A stretch of 54,287 bases of DNA from positions 1 through 54,287 of IMG/VR virus record IMGVR_UViG_3300017987_000113; one strand, 5' to 3'. This document shows, piece after piece, positions 48,114 through 54,287 of the stretch. Made by a program: the position numbers and the translations under genes. Position 1 is the stretch's first letter. Each line of letters starts with the position of its first letter. The notes under the pieces are model-generated. The model was given only the letters and a program-made list of their open reading frames with translations. It was not told where the DNA came from and did not search any database. The DNA comes from a virus. Lineage: Duplodnaviria; Caudoviricetes.

Positions 48114-48811
48114 AAACATCAGCGGTAAAAAATATATTAGATTCTATCATACAAGATTTTGCTCACAGAGGAGTACCTTCAGCTTTAGGAGATTTTATAA
48201 AAGAACAGGCCTATATAACTGGTGGTTGTATTCCTTCTATGTTAATGGGTGAATTTGTCAATGATATAGATGTTTACTTTAGAAAAGATCCTAAATTAGC
48301 AATTAAGAAAAGCAATTTTACAGAAAAGACAAAACCTATATCTGATACTGAAAATGCTCTTACCTTTGAATTTAAACGTGGAGAACATACCTATATCATT
48401 CAGCTTATAAAAGGTTTTTATGGATCTCCTCAAGGTATTACTGATAGCTTTGACTGGGCACATATCAGATCTTATTATGATGTTAAGAAAAAGATACTGG
48501 TAGTACCTCCTGAGACTTATAGATTAATTACTGACAAAGAATTGATCTATACCGGAAGTGATTATCCATTAAGCAGCTTGCTGCGTATCCGAAAGTATAT
48601 GAAGAAAGGCTGGACAATGGATATTGTAGAAGGTATTAAGATAGCTATAGATATTCAGAAGGTAAACTTTAAATTACGCAAAGAGCTGGAAAGACATATT
48701 AATGGAATAGATCCTATGTACTGGACAGAGATAAGCGATAGTTTAAAACCTAAATATAATAGCTTGGAAGACCTCTGGATGGATTTGTGTAAATTTAAAC
48801 TTGATGAATAA
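48110..48811 (+). CDS. Pol-beta-superfamily nucleotidyltransferase
   Basis: YITGGC...NDIDVYF, FDW, R.RKY.KKGW. Confidence 0.75.
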   Translation: MKTSAVKNILDSIIQDFAHRGVPSALGDFIKEQAYITGGCIPSMLMGEFVNDIDVYFRKDPKLAIKKSNFTEKTKPISDTENALTFEFKRGEHTYIIQLIKGFYGSPQGITDSFDWAHIRSYYDVKKKILVVPPETYRLITDKELIYTGSDYPLSSLLRIRKYMKKGWTMDIVEGIKIAIDIQKVNFKLRKELERHINGIDPMYWTEISDSLKPKYNSLEDLWMDLCKFKLDE

Positions 48812-49085
48812 GGAAGATTTATATACCATTATCGTGAAGCCTAAGTCCTCTTGTGATGCCTGTGAGCTTGATCTTAAAAAATTATGGACAAAACGTAATT
48901 TTAAGGCTATAGAGCAACTAACTGGACATGATATGACCAACAGGTGTATTAAGTGCTTTAAGCCCTTAAAAAGCCCTAAATCGATCCGTATGTGTATGGG
49001 GCCCACCTGCAGGAAAAAGTTTAAAGCCGATTACTGGAAACTTAGGCAAATTGATATGTTTAAAGAAGAAGAAAATGACCAATGA
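48801..49085 (+). CDS. Zinc-finger protein (DUF6011-like)
   Basis: RCIKCFKPLKSPKSI...MGPTC. Confidence 0.65.
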   Translation: MMNKEDLYTIIVKPKSSCDACELDLKKLWTKRNFKAIEQLTGHDMTNRCIKCFKPLKSPKSIRMCMGPTCRKKFKADYWKLRQIDMFKEEENDQ

Positions 49086-49311
49086 AGAACAAAGACTAAA
49101 CCGTGTAGAAGCTATCTTTACGGAACTCAGAGAGAGAAAGGCATTTGTTGAGTCTCCTGATACACATAAATACCAGGTACGATCTTATGAGACCGTACAT
49201 TGTACCGATGCTTTATATCATAATTTAACTGACAGAGAGATAGACTTTCTTAAGAATTTTAATAAAGTAAGAATAGCTGAATTAGAACTTGAACTTAAAA
49301 AACTACTGTAA
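49051..49311 (+). CDS. Hypothetical protein
   Basis: ORF track. Confidence 0.5.
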   Translation: MICLKKKKMTNEEQRLNRVEAIFTELRERKAFVESPDTHKYQVRSYETVHCTDALYHNLTDREIDFLKNFNKVRIAELELELKKLL

Positions 49312-49835
49312 TGAATACTGACTTATCTAACAAACTTTACCATGACAGGAATGATCTGAAAATGATTATCGATCATATAGAAGCTAATACATCTGAAGGT
49401 ATAGATGGAGAAGAACTGTTTAAAGCTATAAAGCAGGTACATGGACATCTTGTAGAACTATCCGAATATCAGGTAAGACCTACACCACCTGAAGATGCAG
49501 CCCGTGAAATAGAGAAATTTCTTAACTCAACCGGAGCTGATATCCTAACTATTACTGATAAGCTGGCTAACAGAACACACCCTACGCTACAGCAATCATT
49601 TACCAGAATGGTGTTTATGTTTATCCTAAAAATGGCAGAGAAAAACTATTTTGACGGAAGAAACAAAGGTGCTGTTCAGGAATGCAGAACTATGCTTAAT
49701 GCCTGGCGGGAAAAGAAAAAGCAGGAAGAGATTAAAGTTATGATTGAAAGAGGATCATCACCTGAGCGTGCAGCCGAAAGAGCTGAAGAATATATTGAAC
49801 AAATGTATCCACACAACTATTTAGCACATATTTAA
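49311..49835 (+). CDS. Hypothetical protein
   Basis: HPTLQQSF.R and DGRN motifs. Confidence 0.6.
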   Translation: MNTDLSNKLYHDRNDLKMIIDHIEANTSEGIDGEELFKAIKQVHGHLVELSEYQVRPTPPEDAAREIEKFLNSTGADILTITDKLANRTHPTLQQSFTRMVFMFILKMAEKNYFDGRNKGAVQECRTMLNAWREKKKQEEIKVMIERGSSPERAAERAEEYIEQMYPHNYLAHI

Positions 49836-49836
49836 A

Positions 49837-50043
49837 ATGGCAAAACATCAGAAACTTGAAAGAGTATTCCATTTTGATGGAACAGATTATCCGGATATTA
49901 ATCCCACGTTACCTCCGGAAAAGATTATTGAACTGTACTCAGCTACAGTACCGGCAATGACTACTGCTTCAGTAGGAAAGTCCGAGGTAAAAAAAGATAA
50001 GCTGGTATTTAATATTTCCAAGACTGCTAAAACAAAAGGATAA
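49837..50043 (+). CDS. PRTRC system protein C (ubiquitin-like)
   Basis: LERVFHF....PD.NP.LPPE.I..LYS...P.MTTA.V...TKG C-terminus. Confidence 0.85.
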   Translation: MAKHQKLERVFHFDGTDYPDINPTLPPEKIIELYSATVPAMTTASVGKSEVKKDKLVFNISKTAKTKG

Positions 50044-50110
50044 TGCTACCCAGGGAATACTATAAGTATATTACCGAGAAAGATGATAACAAGAAACATT
50101 ATCGTGAAAC

Positions 50111-51217
50111 ATGGCAAGACGAGCAAGCAATAGGAGCAATTCTAATGGAAGAAAAAAACCAGTTAGAAGAAAGACAGCTGCTACCAAGTTCAGAGATTCC
50201 ATTAATTCCTTAGACTTAAGAGGCAGTATAAATATACCAATAGGCGATGCCCAGGCAATAGATATTCTCAGAGATGTAGGATATGACCTGCAGGAGTATT
50301 CTGATGCCTATTTAGGCACTCAATTATTCGATAGGCATACAAAGCCTTCACAATTTTTAGCCTACCTTCTTCGCTGTATGTCTGATCAAGTTAACCACCC
50401 ATGGATGCTTTATGAAAAATATGGAAACTCCGGATCTTATGAGCTAATCTATTATGTAGATACAGAATATTGGGATTGGCCTAAGCTGGCTCCCTTACAC
50501 TGGATAGAAGAAGTATATAAAAGAAGCAGAAGCCTATTTGGTGTTGTCTTACGCTTATTAAGATACCTGCATGCAGTAAAATATATACCAATGTGGTGGA
50601 GTAATATCTCATGGCAGATACATGATGAATGGAAAACAAAGGTTAAAGAGTCTTACTATGAAGAACCGACACTTTCAGAATTAAGAGCTGAAGTAGAAGA
50701 AATGAAAGGATTTCCTGCTAAGATCGAAAAGACTATTAAGGATGAAAACTTTAATATGATTAACTGGTGGGAAAGAAAGGCTATAAAAGAAAGAATAGAT
50801 AGAATGAGGCCCAAAGGTTCATTTATGAATCTTGTTAAAAAGTGGCTGTTAATGACCTTTGAGTTGATGGATTGTCTGGATTACAGAGATTGGTATCAGC
50901 CTGATATCGATTATGATGTATCTGCTTTAAACAGGCACTATAATGATGAAAGAGCTGACCCATTAGATCTGGTAGGTTTTTGTTGGAAGAATGATGATAA
51001 TTTTACTTCAGAACTTCAGTATATTATGGAAAATAACCAGGACTATGGATATTTCCGAAGAACTCTGCAGATACCAGATTTACAAAACTTAGACAAGTAT
51101 AATGAACAATATAATATTTATGAAAATTTCTTTAAACTAACACACGAAATAGCCGATGTTTATAACGAGGAGCTCAGTATCCGTAACGGAACCAAAACTC
51201 TTATTGATCGTTTATGA
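50111..51217 (+). CDS. Probable PRTRC system protein F-like
   Basis: Position between C and B; size. Confidence 0.5.
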   Translation: MARRASNRSNSNGRKKPVRRKTAATKFRDSINSLDLRGSINIPIGDAQAIDILRDVGYDLQEYSDAYLGTQLFDRHTKPSQFLAYLLRCMSDQVNHPWMLYEKYGNSGSYELIYYVDTEYWDWPKLAPLHWIEEVYKRSRSLFGVVLRLLRYLHAVKYIPMWWSNISWQIHDEWKTKVKESYYEEPTLSELRAEVEEMKGFPAKIEKTIKDENFNMINWWERKAIKERIDRMRPKGSFMNLVKKWLLMTFELMDCLDYRDWYQPDIDYDVSALNRHYNDERADPLDLVGFCWKNDDNFTSELQYIMENNQDYGYFRRTLQIPDLQNLDKYNEQYNIYENFFKLTHEIADVYNEELSIRNGTKTLIDRL

Positions 51218-51896
51218 ATCTTCTTCTATGTACTCTGACAATCCGGAATATATGGATGCAGAAGAAATGGAAGATAAATACTACATAGAACTGGCTACAA
51301 TAAGAAACGGCCAGATAGGTGAAGCAAAACCTATATCCTCAGAAGGTATAAGAAATATCCGAAATGTGTTTGCACCCAAAGGATATGAATTTATAAGATC
51401 CGGAACTCTGATAAACAGAAACCTGATTTATTTTAATACCAGTCCTGCAGACAGATTGTATATCTGGCACAGACCCGCACAACCAACACACTTTAATCAT
51501 GTTAATGAGAAGTTTTGTGGTATAGTTAATATGCCTAACCTTCTTTTTGTAATGGCTAAAGGAAGTCTTTCTGTATATGCTGTAAAAACCAGCAATATAA
51601 AAGCCTCTACAAAATTATTCTTTTCACCCTTACCTAACAATATGGGAAACAAAATATGTATGGGTACAGCAAGAGGCAAGAAGTCTGAAACTGATATAAT
51701 GAAATATATTACATCCTGGGAAGATGCTTATCTGAAAAGTAATTTCTCTGATCATGGTGCAGATATAAAAATGCTTACAGAAATCGTAGGCAGCAAAAAA
51801 CCTTTTCCTACAAGCAAGCTAAAGCCTGTTAAAGATTTAACCGTAGAAAAACTTATACGAAAAAATGAGACACTACATTACTTCAGAACTGATTAA
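51156..51896 (+). CDS. PRTRC system protein B (prokaryotic E2 family D)
   Basis: W..PAQ, MPNLLF, LSVYAVK, LFFSPLPN....ICMG, WE..Y..S.FS. Confidence 0.8.
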   Translation: MFITRSSVSVTEPKLLLIVYESSSMYSDNPEYMDAEEMEDKYYIELATIRNGQIGEAKPISSEGIRNIRNVFAPKGYEFIRSGTLINRNLIYFNTSPADRLYIWHRPAQPTHFNHVNEKFCGIVNMPNLLFVMAKGSLSVYAVKTSNIKASTKLFFSPLPNNMGNKICMGTARGKKSETDIMKYITSWEDAYLKSNFSDHGADIKMLTEIVGSKKPFPTSKLKPVKDLTVEKLIRKNETLHYFRTD

Positions 51897-52638
51897 TTCT
51901 GTTAATCCTATTACGGTAACTATGGTAGGAGCTGGTGGTACCGGATCAGAACTGGTAAATAAATTAGCCAGGATGAACCATGCTATGCTCAAACTGGGCC
52001 AGCAAGGATTAAAGCTACAACTTGTAGATGATGATATTGTTACTGAAGCTAATGCAGGCAGACAACTGTTTACAGAAAGTGATATAGGCTATAATAAAGC
52101 CTCAGTACTTATAAGCAGAATAAACCGTTTCTATGGATTTGCATGGAAGGCTATACCAAGCAGAATACTTAATGTCGATCAGGTAATAGCTCACCGGAAT
52201 AATATTCTTATTACTTGTGTAGATAAAGCTGTTACCCGTAAGCTATTTGCCCGGGGCGTAGGTAAATATCCTAATAACAGTAATTATGCCCAGCCTCAGC
52301 GTACAGGGTATTACTGGTTAGATACTGGTAATGACAGAGACACCGGCCAGGTAATATTAGGTACGATAAATTCTATCGAGCAACCGGAATCTGAATATGA
52401 AACTGCAGATCGTTTACCTAACGTGGTAGAGGAGTTTCCTGATATGAAGGATAGCAAGAATGATGGGCCCAGTTGCTCTTTAGCAGAAGCCCTGGAACAG
52501 CAAGATCTCACTATCAATAATATGGTAGCTTCATGGGCATACTCTTTACTGTGGTCTATGCTAAACAGATACTATCTGGAATACAGAGGAGTATTTATTA
52601 ATCTTAATACCATGCGTACAAACCCTATCGCTATATGA
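51865..52638 (+). CDS. PRTRC system ThiF/E1-like protein
   Basis: VGAGGTGS, DDDIVTEANAGRQ.F, ITCVD...R, YWLDTGN...GQVILG, PSCSLAEALEQQDL.IN. Confidence 0.92.
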   Translation: MRHYITSELINSVNPITVTMVGAGGTGSELVNKLARMNHAMLKLGQQGLKLQLVDDDIVTEANAGRQLFTESDIGYNKASVLISRINRFYGFAWKAIPSRILNVDQVIAHRNNILITCVDKAVTRKLFARGVGKYPNNSNYAQPQRTGYYWLDTGNDRDTGQVILGTINSIEQPESEYETADRLPNVVEEFPDMKDSKNDGPSCSLAEALEQQDLTINNMVASWAYSLLWSMLNRYYLEYRGVFINLNTMRTNPIAI

Positions 52639-52868
52639 GTGCTAAACATCAGTGGATACTTATAAGCTTTGACTCTTTTGAGACTATGTTCGAATTTATG
52701 AAGAAAACAGTACCCAAAAGCGTTAAGCCGGTAAAATCAAAAGAAATAAAAGAAATGTGCAATTTCCCCTATGAAGATGATAAACTATATATAACACATA
52801 CTTACGTAGGAGGCATTCACTCAGTAAAAATTATAATTAAAAATCAAGACAATGAAGAAAATCGCTGA
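52635..52868 (+). CDS. Hypothetical protein
   Basis: ORF track. Confidence 0.5.
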   Translation: MSAKHQWILISFDSFETMFEFMKKTVPKSVKPVKSKEIKEMCNFPYEDDKLYITHTYVGGIHSVKIIIKNQDNEENR

Positions 52869-53418
52869 CAGCAAAACTATGCTGGTAAATTATGTAGACC
52901 TGGAAGAAGGTAATTTCTTTCAGGCCTGGTCAATCGCTAATGCTCATCCTTCACTGGAAAAACCATTGATAATGGCATATGCTTACAGTCCGGAAGACTT
53001 TCCTCCTGCAGTTGTAGCTACTTTTGATAGTGCAAAGGATCTGCTGGAGTCCTATATGTGGACAGATGCTTCTTTAATCGCTATTATTGATCCTCAGCTG
53101 AAAGATGTAATGAGGGAAGAATTACCAGATCTGTATGAACGCTGGTTAGAATTACAACATGATCCCGTAATAACTAAAAACAAAAAATCTATGAAAGAAA
53201 TTAAATTAGAAGACTTCAGAGTAGTTGGCAATATAAATGTCAATGAAGAACAAATGAAAGATGTTAATTTTCAGGTAGCTGCTTTTGCTAATGGTGACAA
53301 TATATCACAATTTATGATGCTACAAGGAAATATTATGCTATACATGGTTAAAAAATCTAAAACTGAAATACAGGTTTATCTTTCAGAAACAACCAGGCTA
53401 CACTATAAAAAATTATGA
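52852..53418 (+). CDS. Hypothetical protein
   Basis: ORF track. Confidence 0.55.
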   Translation: MKKIADSKTMLVNYVDLEEGNFFQAWSIANAHPSLEKPLIMAYAYSPEDFPPAVVATFDSAKDLLESYMWTDASLIAIIDPQLKDVMREELPDLYERWLELQHDPVITKNKKSMKEIKLEDFRVVGNINVNEEQMKDVNFQVAAFANGDNISQFMMLQGNIMLYMVKKSKTEIQVYLSETTRLHYKKL

Positions 53419-53930
53419 AATACGAGGAAGGACTTTTTGAAAGATTAGCTAAAGAAGGTTTCTCTATTGGTTTCTGGAAGGATATGTATAATGATAATGA
53501 TGAATGCGATCCGGAAGAAGCTAAAGAATGGTTATATTCTAAATGGGATCACGATATCTCAGATGGTATAAACTATGACGGTACTGCAGAGATGTTTGCT
53601 AAAACCTTAAAACTGCCTAAGAAAATGACCGTTACCTATGAGTGGGTAATGAAACAGGTATATAAGGAGAGTGTTTTTGTAAGCCTGGCCAAGTACTGTG
53701 CTAAACTGGTTAAAAAACATAGCATTGATGTATATCCTACCTCTTATGGTATTGGTGTATCTGTTATCTATAACAGAAACAGAGTAGAGCAGGTTAAAGA
53801 AGTGGAAGAAATATTACACCGACTTGATATTGACTATACCAATGAATTTTCAGATGCCCGATGGGTTTACCGGTTTAAGATATCTAAATCACAATCTAAT
53901 CTTGAAAAACTAAAAAAATTAAATGGCTAA
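53415..53930 (+). CDS. Hypothetical protein
   Basis: ORF track. Confidence 0.6.
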   Translation: MKYEEGLFERLAKEGFSIGFWKDMYNDNDECDPEEAKEWLYSKWDHDISDGINYDGTAEMFAKTLKLPKKMTVTYEWVMKQVYKESVFVSLAKYCAKLVKKHSIDVYPTSYGIGVSVIYNRNRVEQVKEVEEILHRLDIDYTNEFSDARWVYRFKISKSQSNLEKLKKLNG

Positions 53931-54287
53931 AAAATTAAAACATATATGTGAGTACTGTGGTTATAAAAATGATACTGTAGGCATATGCAAAAACTGCGGT
54001 TTCTTTATTTATGGTATGAGCTGGAATGAAGATATGAAACATGAAGAAACTGAAGCTGCCAGAGATATGTTTGCGGCTAATATGGCACCGGTACTATTTA
54101 CCGAAGCTATTAAATTATCATTAAAACAAGCTGCTCGGGGGCCTCTTCCTGAAGTTACAGATAAATACCTTAATAGCATAATAGCTAACACTGCTAAACA
54201 AGCATACAATTATGCTGATGCATTAGTAAAAGAAAAATTTAAGCGTATGGCAGAAAGAATGGAAAGACCCAGTGTAACTTTAGAAGA
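53923..54287 (+). CDS. Partial protein with N-terminal zinc ribbon
   Basis: MAKKLKHICEYCG...CKNCG...RDMFAA...AYNYADAL; open to the window end. Confidence 0.6.
   Translation, partial: MAKKLKHICEYCGYKNDTVGICKNCGFFIYGMSWNEDMKHEETEAARDMFAANMAPVLFTEAIKLSLKQAARGPLPEVTDKYLNSIIANTAKQAYNYADALVKEKFKRMAERMERPSVTLE

Overview
This window is a fragment of a tailed dsDNA phage genome with a Crassvirales (crAss-like) virion module, read in the standard genetic code. The host is most likely Bacteroidota, based on TAnnTTTG promoters and a DUF3127-type SSB. Bases 1 to ~27.2 kb are on the minus strand: ring/tail proteins, auxiliary capsid, major capsid protein, portal, large terminase, a lysis block with two CHAP-type proteins, and a 1563-aa repeat-rich fibre. 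A C-tract-rich divergence region at ~27.3-27.5 kb separates this from a plus-strand arm of small accessory genes, DnaB helicase, an SbcC-like ATPase, a PD-(D/E)XK nuclease, a J-domain protein and a PRTRC-type ubiquitin-like conjugation module. The standout signal is a stand-alone RAMP/Cas7-like gene (31600-32235) followed immediately by a ~570-nt non-coding array. The array has strict 5-nt periodicity (NGY-NN pentamers) and is divided into about 11 units by T-tracts. It is not a CRISPR array. It looks like a programmable RNA-guided system of the VIPR type, with a degenerate NGY rather than GGY scaffold. Several structured non-coding RNA candidates are also present. All calls come from reading motifs by eye; no database searches were run.
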